From: Tubulanus polymorphus
Lineage: Eukaryota > Animalia > Nemertea
Reading direction: 5' to 3'
DNA: 64,000 nt
Assembly (NCBI RefSeq): GCF_964204645.1
Contig: NC_134027.1
Coordinates: forward strand, 7,410,485-7,474,484
In this document: positions 13,302 to 25,384 of the stretch, in pieces
How the letters are laid out: every line of letters begins with the position of its first letter
How positions within the stretch are numbered: position 1 is the first letter of the stretch
The notes under the pieces: generated by a model
Told to the model about the DNA's origin: nothing
What the model saw: only the letters and a program-made list of their open reading frames with translations
Database searches by the model: none
Program-made: the position numbers and the translations under genes

Positions 13302-13354
13302 GGGTCAACTGGTCAGAGTTCACAGAGTTCACTAAGCGGCGAGCACGGAGTTCA
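13302..13354 (+). promoter_or_regulatory. Cluster of nuclear-receptor half-sites (DR2/DR1/DR3) in TR2/4 first intron
   Basis: GGGTCA-ac-TGGTCA-g-AGTTCA-cag-AGTTCA (13302-13331) plus AGTTCA at 13349-13354. Confidence 0.55.
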
Positions 13355-13430
13355 TTGATATGTCAATGACTCGACCAAATAAAATTTTTCCGGGCGCCCG
13401 TTCAGCAATTCAATTCAATTACAATATTAC

Positions 13431-13600
13431 CTGCCCTATTTCATCAAATTCTCCCTGGTGTCGTATCGGATAATACGCAATAAAACAGAATCCTGTAAAT
13501 GACATTTGGAAACTGCAGACAAAATTATTGTTAAAGAATGCGGAAAGCGCTTGTTAAATTCAGGCGTCGTTTCGGGTAAAAGTTTTCATCTGGCCGCTCA
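13431..13600 (-). other. Probable non-coding first exon of TR2/4
   Basis: Minus-strand donor CAG|GTAATA at 13430; downstream coding exon has an acceptor at 11172 upstream of its ATG. 5' limit approximate. Confidence 0.45.
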
Positions 13601-14017
13601 GTATTTCCCGAACCTCTTATGCTTATCACCAATTTCTGCAGAATGTGGGCCTTGAATAAAAACTCGAATAAAATCAGTGCAAACAAACCCAACGGCGTAC
13701 AGCGAGAACATGATGTTTAGTGATATAGCTGACGTACATTTCTGGTTCTTTAAATCATTATCGTATGTTATTCTGACATATTTTCGAATTTTTGTCAATT
13801 CAGTTTCATAAAGTCAAAGAAAACAGCGACGGCACCAGACAACAACAACAAAATTTCAAAAATCATGAAAATGTTGTTTTTTTCGAAAGTCGCTCGGAAG
13901 AAAGGAAAATTAATCCGTTCTTTTTCATTTTATACTTTTCGACTTCTTCGTCTTGAATTCATTCTAATTTTATAGGCCTAGCAGCAGTTGGGTTCAGCAT
14001 ACTTCAAAGTACGATAA
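13600..14017. promoter_or_regulatory. Putative bidirectional promoter TR2/4 - NEDD1
   Basis: Divergent genes; candidate + strand donor GTAAGT at 14018 and an acceptor just before the NEDD1 ATG. Confidence 0.45.
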
Positions 14018-14330
14018 GTAAGTGCGGGCCAGTACAGTACGTAACTTCGTACAAGTACTTACAGTACTTGCTGTGCCTGTGTATTGAATTGTGAATTGAT
14101 TTGAATTGAATGAAAGAGGTGCAGTGGTCCGAGTGTCCGAGGAGTTGTTGTTTGCTCTATTCATCGTTTCCAATTTCACTGATTACTCAACGATCCAGTG
14201 TGAATACATGTTGTAGGCCTATGGGTTCCGTTAACGTACAGCGCCAAACTGTCAAACAGCTATCGATTCCTGTTGCAATAATAAAAACCTTGTACCTGCT
14301 AATAGTGGCGCTATATAGGTTGGAGGGATG

Positions 14331-14585
14331 CAGGCTTGGATCCAGGGTTTTTACCAGGAGGGGTTCATAAAAAATGTTAATGTTGACTGCCAACTAAAAT
14401 CTCTGATAGGGGGCCTAAATGCATATTGTTTGGCCAAACATAAGATAATATGGTACCTATTATGTGGTATTGTCCGCCCGCTTTGTCTTGAGAACATTCC
14501 TTCAAGAAAACGATTTAAAAATATTTTTGGTAGCAGAGTAGGGGGGATGTCATGACCCCTGAAACCCCCCTCTGGATCCGTTGTA
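14331..14585. mobile_element. Degenerate MITE-like element with GGATCCAG...CTGGATCC termini
   Basis: CAGGCTTGGATCCAG at the left end and CTGGATCCGTTGTAG at the right, with G/C-run subterminal motifs. Confidence 0.45.
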
Positions 14586-14695
14586 GGGATGATAGAAATT
14601 GAATTTTTGCCGCTTTGTTTGACCGGCAAGCTAAAAATTCCAAAAAATGTTACCTATGTACTTTCATCACTTCCACTCAATGTGCATGAGCTTAA

Positions 14696-14983
14696 CCCTT
14701 TCAGTGCATCTACACCACAGTGCGGTGTATAAATCAGTGATAGATTTTGCTAGTACACCGCACTGCGGTGTATTGATGTAATTAATCATTAGTAATTATC
14801 TCTCTTGAAAAAAGGCAGCACCTGTCAAACATAGTGAAATACTAGAAACTAACAATACACTGCGCCGCGGTGTAGGCGCACTATAGTGGTATTCCCGTTA
14901 TTAAACACACTAGGGTGGAATTTTTAGAAGTTTTCAAATTATCTCTAGCACTAAAGGGTATTAACTAGTCCGCACTGAAAGGG
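14696..14983. mobile_element. piggyBac-type MITE (288 bp)
   Basis: Perfect TIRs CCCTTTCAGTGC / GCACTGAAAGGG flanked by TTAA on both sides (14692-14695, 14984-14987); three internal TACAC...CGGTGTA palindromic motifs. Confidence 0.88.
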
Positions 14984-15117
14984 TTAAAAGTATAAATTTA
15001 GCCTAACCTAACTGAACCAGCAAACCCAATCATAATATAAAGGCCATACTGACTCTTTATAATTTTCTAAAATCGTTATATTTCAGGTGATTGTACTGTG
15101 AATGCTAAATCATCAAA

Positions 15118-18100
15118 ATGTCGACTGACTTCGGTGGACTGAATTTAGCGACCGCCGCTGAAGATATCAAAATCTGGGATTGCTCTAATGGTTATAGCAT
15201 TATCAAACAATTCAATCCGCATTCAGGCCCAGTTTCTTCCGTTGTGTGGAGCCATGACAGTATCCTTTTATCAACATTCACTTCCCGAACAGTCCCGAAC
15301 AGTAGGCTATCTATAGTTTTAGGTCCTTTTAGGATAGTTTAGACTCCTTTCCTCAAATATCTATAAAAGATATTAAATATATCCATGGATAATGTAGGCC
15401 TATAGTTGAGAATAAGGAATATTTACGTGTCGCAAGATTATTTCATATTCTTCCTGAGCATAATATTTAAGATAATTTTTTGGCGTCGTCATCCTCTGTT
15501 GGCGACAAAGTGACGATTACGTGCTGCAAGAATAACGTCTATTCGATGAAAGATCTTCATGTCAAGGTTTGTTATTCATTTCAATGTGCAAAATCTTAGA
15601 TGAAAATTGACGTATTCTTGTCCATGCATTTCTTCTATATACACCGTGGAAATGTTTCTATATCAGGGGAAATATTTCAGTTGTTTGTTTAAACTCAATT
15701 CATTTAAACAGTTCAATACATCTTTAACAAAGTATATATTTGTATATGGGTAGTGCCAATACAAATAGTATTTATCTACTATTACAGTCACTCTCAATTA
15801 TTTGTACGCTGTAATCTGTATTTGATTGAAGCTTGTTTTTCGACAGGTTTCCATTGTTGTAATTGTAATGCCTGATAAACAATTTATTATGAATTTTAGG
15901 GTGATCATACTTGCGTAGCTTTCAATTCGCATTCGCGATATTTGCTGAGTGGAGGCAAAAATGGACTCATAACTGTTTTCGACTTGAAAACGCAGAAACA
16001 AAAGAAGACATACAAGGTCAGTTCATTAAAAACTATATAGGATTGTATATTTGCTTTTACTCTATTCTTTTTAGTAACTCACAACTTAGGAACTAGATCC
16101 TGGGTGGAGTTTTTTGGTTTTTATCATGGCGATAAGCTACCACTGCCTTGACAAATACTTTTGTAATCATTTAAAATATTTCATGATTAATACCGCTTAG
16201 ACTCGCCTTATTTTATAGGATCATAAAGGAGCAATATCTTCATTAACGTTTAATTGGAATGACACATACATCGCATCAGGTTCGGTTCATGGCGAGATTA
16301 TATTGTACAATGTTGTCACAGCGCAAGGCTCGAGTCCTATGCATATACCTAATGAAGGGGTAAGTACAGTAGGCATCTCAACAAAATCAATTGACTATAG
16401 TCCTATTCCATTACCAGTATACAGTTTGATTCTGTTGAATCGAAGTAAATTCTTCTTAAATATAGCAGATCTATGAGGCTATTTAAAGTGGTCAAAAATA
16501 AGAATTGCGTTGATTCAGATTGAATGAAAACTCTTATATTTGATATTTGTAGGCTGTGACACAGTTGCAGTACAGCCACTATAAGAAATCATTGCTCGGT
16601 TCAGTGTCAGAAGATGGCGCTGTTTGTCTGTGGGATACTAACACGCGTCGATTGATGCATTCATTTACCGATAAACATTGCGCGTGTCCGATGGGCCTTG
16701 CCTTCTCGCCGATTAATAAAATGTTACTGATGAGTGTTGGATTGGATAAACGTATAGTCTGTTACGACGTTATTGGAAACACGTAAGTAATCTCGCTTAG
16801 AAAAGACTAGGTAGCCACTTGCCTGCAAATCAGGGAGAAGTCAGGGAAATTTGTTGAGATTGCTAGATCGCGCGTAAAATCAATATACATACCAATCAAT
16901 ATACATGTATATATATACCCCTGTGTGTCTTACTTAATTGACTGTGTTAATTGATTGGAATCTTAACAGATCAAGTCAGGGAAAAAAACATGCACATCAG
17001 GGTGTAGTCAGGGAAAAGTTGGGGGAAAAGCAAGTCGAATTAAAGTGGCCACCCCGAAAGGCCCGGTTTATGTATATACATACTCTTGCACCTTTGGCTT
17101 TATTTGTTCTGACAATACTTCGGTAAGAGATTCATAGTTCCTGGCTGCGATTATCTCTTTCAGAGCTGTAAAAACAATAACGGCTGATAATGGGTTAACG
17201 TGTATCGATGTGATGCAAGATGGCGTAACGTTAGCGACGGGATCCGTGCGCGGTACCGTGTTCATTTACGATCTGAGGAAAGGAACTCAACCGATAACGA
17301 CGATTAACGCTCACAAGGAGGCGGTTAATAAACTCGTCTTTCAATCAAATTTCAAACCGCCTAAGGTAAATGATAAACACGCATTTGTACCATCATTAAG
17401 GGTTCTTGATTAACTAAATTTAATTACTAACGACGGCAACGTACACTACGCAGACATTCTCTGAGAAGATTTGTTAGAGAGCTGTCAAATTTTCCGCAGA
17501 AAAGCTGATTTGATTTGTTGGGCATGCATTGAAATATGAATCGATGTCATCAGTGACTTTACTTACCCATTTTGAATTTGATAACAGATTCAAACTGAAG
17601 GTCTTAGCAATGAGGGCACAATTAAAATATATTTTTCACGCGGCAATTCACAAGTTTTTGTCGTGAGGCAATTATTATACATTGCGACACATGGATTGAA
17701 GATGGATCGATCGTTTATTATTGATAGATAGATGATCACCCTTCACCTTCTGATCCGGAGATCATACCATCTTTAAAAGAGCGATATTTACTGATGAAAA
17801 ACAACAACGAAGCGACGAACAAAAAACTTGGAATTCGGGTTCGTTCTCGCTGGAACACTGCATGCGTTTATCAATACATATGTTGTTGTATTATTTGTAC
17901 TTTTCGTTTATTTCAAACTTCGATTTCTATAGTTCGAGAACCACCTGGTAATTCTTCGTGTTGGCTTTTTGTTCGTTTACAAAAACGTTGTTTTTCTCGC
18001 TGATCAAAAACGTTCCGCAGGTTTCTATTGTCTGCGAATCATAGCACTAGTTTCGAAATACATGTCTTATGTTGTCATTTTCAATAGCTTTTCTTTTCGC

Positions 18101-20427
18101 ATTCTCCGATGGTAATTGCTCCAAATTTTCATTGTCCAAAGGAATTTATGTCAACTGAATAATACTATTGATATGATTTGATTGATTGTCAGTTTTTACT
18201 TGTACGATGTTGTAGTTGAATAAGTATTTTTAGCCGCAATTATTGTTCTATTTTTTCAGTTATCATACCATTATAATTACGTTATTATCATATTTGTGGT
18301 GCAAATATTATAATGTAACAATGAAACCTGTTTACTTGTGAATACATTATTGCGAATACATTATTTTTCAGAGCGATTCAAGATCATCGCGTAAAACTGC
18401 CTCGTCATCAACCTCTTCATCATCCTCTTCATCAGTGCCAATAAAAGATCAACTTACTGATAATAAATATGCCGATATTAACAGCAATCTGGAAGGTACA
18501 AATAGTTTCCTCATGTACTCATCCATTTTTAGCCCACTTGGGTCTTTAGTCCCAGAGGGCCTTTGAAGTAGGGAAACTTTGAAGATGCTTCAATCAGTGA
18601 TTTTCATCTTCATTCAAATATATAAATCTCCATCAGTTAAAGAAAAATTGGGTTTATGGGTTGGGATTAAGGCCATTGATTATTGTATTTGTTCACCATG
18701 GGGCATTGAATTTTGAAACTGTCAGATTGTCAAGCACAGGCTTAGTGTCCATGGGCCCCTACTTGTCTTTTTACAAATTTTCCAGAATTGAAATGCTTTA
18801 TATTGATTTTTCTGTTGTGGATGTAGGGCCGAGTAAAAATGATTACCAAGATATGAACTCGGAGAATCGGCCTGATGTGGTTGGTCGTCTTTCTGTCTCA
18901 TCAGTGGCCAGCAAAAACTCCTCTATGGGTAAGTTACATTAGTAAAAGTTGAATGCTGATTTATAAATAACTTACATTTGGGATTTGAAATTTCTCCTGT
19001 ACTTGTAAGAACTCTTTTGGTTTATTTTATGTATTTTTTTATTTTGATAGCTTCAGACGGCGTTTTTTCACCGTTGAATGAAAACTGGAGGAATGTATCC
19101 GGTTTACGTGGTAATCTCAGTCAACAGTCGAATGTGAGCAGCGCGTCTCAATCGCCCAGTTTATCTAGGCAAATATTTAGCCCAATCAGTAACCACGATC
19201 AGCAACAGCTGACCGCAGCAAGCGCTGCATCAGCCGGTGAGAGTAATGTCTGTTTGAATGGAGAACAGCAAAGAGATTTTGCTGTTGTAAGTATGAACAT
19301 GGAACGATGATTTTAGCTAATAGGTATTGATTAAGATAATTAGGCAGTATTTTCGATTTAAAATAAAGACTGATGACTGGCGGAAGATGAAGAACGAGAG
19401 AAAATGAGATTGACAATATTTATAGAAAGTATATCATACGTATGTTTGTATTGTAGGTGACACCATTACCTGGACAGACGGCAGCTAGTATATATTCAGT
19501 TCAGAGTAGCGTTTGTGCAAGTCCTGAGACGATCGTAGATGGCAGCAGTGATTCTAGCGATAGTAATACAACACCTCGTCGGTTACCCGGTGTCACTAAC
19601 GGATTATTGAAGACAAATAATACTCCCAGTTCATTAGTTGCAACTCGATGTAAGCGCCATTGAATTTCGATCCATATTGTAACGATTAGTGAAGTAATTT
19701 ATGTTTAAAAAAGATTTCTCTCCTATCTATTCGTAGTGCAAGCATTAAAACAGTTGGAGCAAGCTAGTAATGACCAGTCTCTACCTAACGGTTCACCTTA
19801 TCAATCCTCATCAATAAAAAATGCTGAATCAAAGGATCTAAATGCAGTGGCTACAGAAAGTAATTTGAGAAAACCGGTCAATGAACTGGAAAGTGGTGCT
19901 TCAACACCAGTCATGGGGAAAGGTCGTAGAACCCCGATTGTACCTGAGGTTGCAGAATCAAATAGAACTCCAACAAACAGTCCGCCGACTATGAAACCAT
20001 CGCCGTATTCTCTCAATCCAGAACTTTACGAACAAACTGTAGTTGATAAAGCCCGCGCAGCTGCCTATGAGGCACCGGTGGCTCCACCCGGTGGTGGTGC
20101 TCCAAATCAGTTTCATATGGAATTTATTCGTAACACGATCGAAGACGTAATGGAGGAATTCCGAGATCAAGTTCGCTCGGATATGTTACACTTACAAATG
20201 GAAATGCTGCGACAATTTCAAGTACAGCAGGTAAACAACCATTACACTCACATTGCTTAATTATACGTATTGTATTCATGTATCTAATAGAAAATTTATA
20301 TCTGTTGACGGGTCTTTTTCAGGCTGAGATTTGTGGACTTCTGCATCAGTATTCAGTCAATGAACAGGTCACCGCCGAGTTGCAGCAGCTACGAGAAGAA
20401 AATAAACGACTTAAGCGTAAATTTTAA
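15118..20427 (+). CDS. NEDD1: NEDD1 / GCP-WD gamma-tubulin ring targeting factor; exons 15118-15259, 15472-15566, 15900-16016, 16219-16359, 16553-16782, 17164-17365, 18372-18495, 18827-18928, 19051-19286, 19457-19649, 19737-20230, 20323-20427
   Basis: N-terminal WD40 repeats (DIKIWD, WSHDNNFLASSSSVGDKVTITCCK, FSPINKMLLMSVGLDKRIVCYD), Ser/Pro-rich linker, C-terminal FIRNTIEDVMEEFRDQ...LQMEMLRQF...YSVNEQVTAELQQLREENKRLKRKF. Confidence 0.93.
15260..15471 (+). other. U12-type (minor spliceosome) GT-AG intron in NEDD1
   Basis: 5' splice site GTATCCTTTT matches the U12 consensus; TTCTTCCTGAGC branch-like motif ~12 nt before the AG; no polypyrimidine tract; splicing restores the NEDD1 frame. Confidence 0.8.
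16810..17053. mobile_element. MITE-like element in NEDD1 intron
   Basis: Imperfect TIRs GGTAGCCACTT / AAGTGGCCACC with repeated internal (G)TCAGGGA motifs. Confidence 0.55.
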
Positions 20428-23400
20428 TGAGTATTACAAGTAATTAAGACGTATATCTGTAGATCTTTAGTGTAGGACAAGTCTCATTCGGATAAATAAC
20501 TGACAGACATTGTTGCGATTATTCCATGGAACATTATCAAAGTCGAAGTATATCTTTTTGTATAGTGTTTATTAAGAATGATTCTGAAAGTTGAAATTCC
20601 ACCGTTCTGTTAGCAATAGAACAAAATTTTGTATTTTTTGCATGACTGCGCAAGAGAGGCACCAAAGAGTGTTGTGTATGTGTTTGACTGTGACAATCAT
20701 AACAATGAGATCATGAGCCAACAGTGCCTGTATTCATCAATGTGTGTAGGATCATTCGTATTGGTATGAGAAAGTTGGTATAGGCCCTATGATAATTGCT
20801 GCCTCGATGAAATCTGTTTTGACATCACCAAATGCCTCATGGGGATTTTTGAAAGTGACCAAATTTCTTTGGAGGGTCTATAAATAGATCATGGTTATTC
20901 GTTGGTTAGTGTTTAATAATATGAGTATTTTGCCAGTTTGCATTATATTATACATTTCAGGGTTATTCTCTGATGTGTGACCATGATCTGTGTTGTACTG
21001 TCGTCGTTGTTAGGACAAATACTGAGTACTTATTTTGTATATAATTTCACCTCTGATTTACTGTTGATATATTATCACGGTATGTATTTAGTGATATATC
21101 GGCTGACAGAATTATTACTTCAAATGTACGGAATTATGTTGTAATATTATATATAGCTCATGATGGAGTTTGAAAAACCTTCTTAGAAACATCCGTAGAC
21201 TTTGATACTGTCACTTAAACTTATTGTATAAAAGGCAACTAGCTCATGTCTGAAGAGTCTGAAAAACTAGTGTGCTCAAACTATGGCCTGTAAAACGAAC
21301 GTATGAGATGCTGGCGATCAGAACTCGTGTATTTCTGATTATAGCTGATTACATCCTCTCAGACTTTACATGGAATAAATCATTGGACTTATCATTTATG
21401 TACATTTATTCTGTGAATTGCTATATGGATTATATTCCCCAAATGTTAGAGATTGAAAAGGTAAAATCCTTTTTCCTCATGGTTTTCGTTTTAAGGTTTA
21501 AGCACTGAAGTACATGTACGTACATTATGTCGTTTGTCTTTATTTCAAATATTAGCACTCAGGGCTGGTTCTTGAGTTTACCGTACTGAAAATTGAATGC
21601 CTTCTAAGTACTCTTGGGCAAGAGCACTTCAGGTGTGATATGATTATTCATAGTCTTAGCTTTTTATACTCGCATTAGAATTATATTGAAAATACAAAGT
21701 TTATCAAAAGCAGTAGTTTATAGCATTATACAATATTGAATTAGACTGTACAAAGTTTTAGATACGTTTTGTAAACAGAAATTCAGCCTCTTAGGCTGGC
21801 CTGGGGGTAATTAATCTTAAAACGCTGGTTAAAAAATAAATGGGCAGATTCTCAAATGTTCAGAAAATGACTTTCGAAATAATGAATAATTTCCATTATA
21901 CACAAGTGCCAAATTCTACTACAAGTGAGACCAGCATTACATGAAATACGAATGATATACCCAGGTATGTAGTGAAATGGGCGTGTCATGCTAATGAGGA
22001 GTGTCGCACATTGCGAGCACAAGTGGAGTTTGTATAGGGAAATCCCGTGGATTCAGTACAAGTAGATCAGTAGCCTGAGTTCTTATTGCACGAATATGAA
22101 TTGTATATTGTAAAGATTTGTTACTGTAAATATTTTGTTAAATTGATGATGAAGAATTCGCGAATACGTAAAAAATTTTGTATATGAATTTTTTGTAAAA
22201 GCCTTTAATTTTTCTTATCGTAGAGATCGGTTGAATTGTATAGATGATCGGTGCTGGTTATTTTTCAAGCATTCCGAGGTGTTCACGAGCACTGCTGCTT
22301 TACATTAGGTTTAGTTGTAGATAGATAGATGGAGCTTGGGAGATGATCGAGCATTTTGGAGACTGAATCTTTCGGCGTGTTTCAAAATTCACGAAAACAT
22401 ATCATTCGACACAGCTGAACTTCAGAAAATATCTATATTCTTACGTACCTTAAACTTAACAGTAAAAAGTTTGTGGACCACTAAACCACTGGATGTAATT
22501 GAGAGTTAAATGAAATTTGATATTTTAACGAAGTAAACTCAAATATTAAGGCTTTATTTGGGTATTTACTACATTTATTAGTACTCCACCTGTAAGACTT
22601 GGAGTAGACATATGTTTTTTATTGGCATATTAATCTCTCAATTGTTTTCTATTTTACTTAATGACATAATTCTAGACACTCATTATTATATATTGTATTC
22701 GGAGCACACGCTTGGTTTTTTCATCTTGGTCGAATTTCCGGCCGATTTTGTTGTTCACTTCACCTACAATCATTATTATAGCTGTCTCCCTTCCTGTGGC
22801 ATGCACGTGTTTCAATCTACTTAAAACTATCGCTGAAGATCTGAATTATGTCAGTAGAATCTTAATGTATGAAGTTATCTTGATAATTTCCCAAGGATGA
22901 AATTCAGTAGTGGGATAGAAATTCGGTTATTCAGGCGAAGTATCAAATTTAATGACATTATCGCAGAACCAGCACCTCGAGCAAATTTGGTTGGGACAAA
23001 TTTCTGAAAAGCATTCGCGATTAAGATATGCTAAAATGTTGTAAACCCACCCCTCGTGTACATAGGAATGTATATTTATTCTTATCTTAAACCACTTTCT
23101 TGATGAGCATCTATTCATCGTTTTGAAAATAAGCAACATGGAAACACAACATTTAAATCCAGATCGTACATAGAATATGTGGTGATGTGCCTTTTAATCT
23201 ACTCTTCTTGTATAACCAAGGCTGTTGTGGGTAGACTATGCAAAAGTGTTTGAAATAGTTAATAGATTAAATATTGTATGTATCGTAAAAAGATATGTAA
23301 AAAAAATTACCATTCCCCACATTTGCTGTCAGGTAGGCCTACTGATATGCTGTTTGTTTGGCAGGCTGGTATGTGAACTAAAGTTGCATGAATGATGCAA

Positions 23401-25384
23401 AACAAAAGAATTGAATCCTCAGCCTATTATCTAGAATCCCCAATAGAGAATTGTATATATTGCTTGAACATATTCACAGTTGGTCTTCAGTCTTCTGAAT
23501 GTCTGTTTATCATGCGATTCTGTATTTCAAATACTCAGAAATTCACCACCGATTATTTTTTCTATTGTAATAGCATCACAAGTTCATTTGTAGTATAACT
23601 GTTGTCTTCCGTTTGAAACAAAGTCTGTGAGCTTTAGAATGTAGGATAAGAATAAATGTTTTTGAAAATGAACCAAGTTGTTCCTCAAATTGACTCTTGT
23701 GTGATTGTAATTGATCACACTTCTGCAGGAAATCGTTTCAATTGTGGCGGGTTACTTGTTGCAGGTTGCGGGTTACTTACAGCTTAATTGTTGTGGTTTC
23801 CCTTCTCGTGTTTCTTACTGCGCCTTTTTCAATCTGTCCTTTTTGGCCGCCAAGGATAATGTATGCAGGTGTTGTTACACACAAAAATACGTAGTCTGGT
23901 CAGACGTAGGTAACTGTTCACTATTGGGACTGGTCATTTGCATTGTGGAACCTAAACTATTGCCCAAACGAGCATCACCATAGTGATAAAACGAAGAACA
24001 TAGTCGAAGAACCGGACCTGGAAATAAACACCCATGAAAATTCTGAAAGCATTTGCGTTCTTTGATACTTCAATCAATTGGCGTTATATTTCATTGATGT
24101 TTTATCGTATTTCATTTACGTTATGTACACCGCAACGCAACCTGACGAGAGATTTATTACGCGCGGCGATCAATTCCAGTCATGAAATTAGTGATCTGTA
24201 CAAAAAACGGGTGTGAAAGACGATATACCAAATTAATCAAAATCTATCAGGGCAATTAGCGATGTTCTATGCAGACGCCATAAAGCGTAATGCTTGATCT
24301 GTGTTTATTTCATTAATGTTAAATTATTACTAGGAAATGTACAAATTATATTTGCACACTGTTATATCGTCGTGTACTTCCGAGTCCGTGTTGGACTATA
24401 GATGATACTACAATGGTTCTTTTTATGTTCCAGACCACACCTAGCTATTTAATTTATGACTGTAAATCATTATTACTCCGAATGGAACCCTAAAGCTCTT
24501 AGGAGATCGTATAAATTTATGAAGCTTTACTCGCAATTCTTTATTAATTAAAGCAACTCCCTTATTATATTCAATATCATATGCTTGAGAATTTTCATAT
24601 CTATACGCCGTTCAAATGGAAAATGAAATATGAAACTCAATAACTGTATAACTGTAATAACCGTCATCTCGAAAAACAGGTTTATCATTTAAAGGCAATC
24701 ACATTTTGTAGATAACCGTCACGAGTCGACAATTTCTGAGGTCTGAGGGGGAATATTTCTGAGTGAGAGAGATAACTCAAGTTCTGTTGATGAATTAAAA
24801 TCTATGACGATTTTATACCATCAAGAAAACAATGATTTTTAAGAAGGCAGTAACGTGTATTTATAGAACATATAGATAATTGAATAATGTAGTATTGAGA
24901 AGAATTTGCATGTATCCCAGATTTATAATAATAAAGAAACGATTCAAAAACAAATTTACATGTTTTACCTATATATATGATACTAAAATGGGGAATACAG
25001 AAACATTAAAATGAAACATATGACGATGAAATATTTGAGAATTTTATTTCATTTATTTCGAATGATACACGATGCGCTTACACCTCAAAATTATTGCTAT
25101 TGTGTTTTAACGTGATACATTCTTTTAACGGTATTCTCATTCTTATTCTATAGTCAACGGTGCAGCTTGGAAAAGAGCACATCTGTAAATTTGATAAAAT
25201 CATGGAGTTCTGAACTAATCATAACAATCTAAGCGAACCGTGCACCAGAGAGTGTAAGGGTGTTTGCCGTTTTCGGTGGAATTGCATCTTCGTGCATAAA
25301 AAAAAACTTTGTACAAAGCGCGAAACAGTTTTTTTCGTAATATGCTTGTGGTTTTACGATCGACACCAAAATTATCCCAGATTT

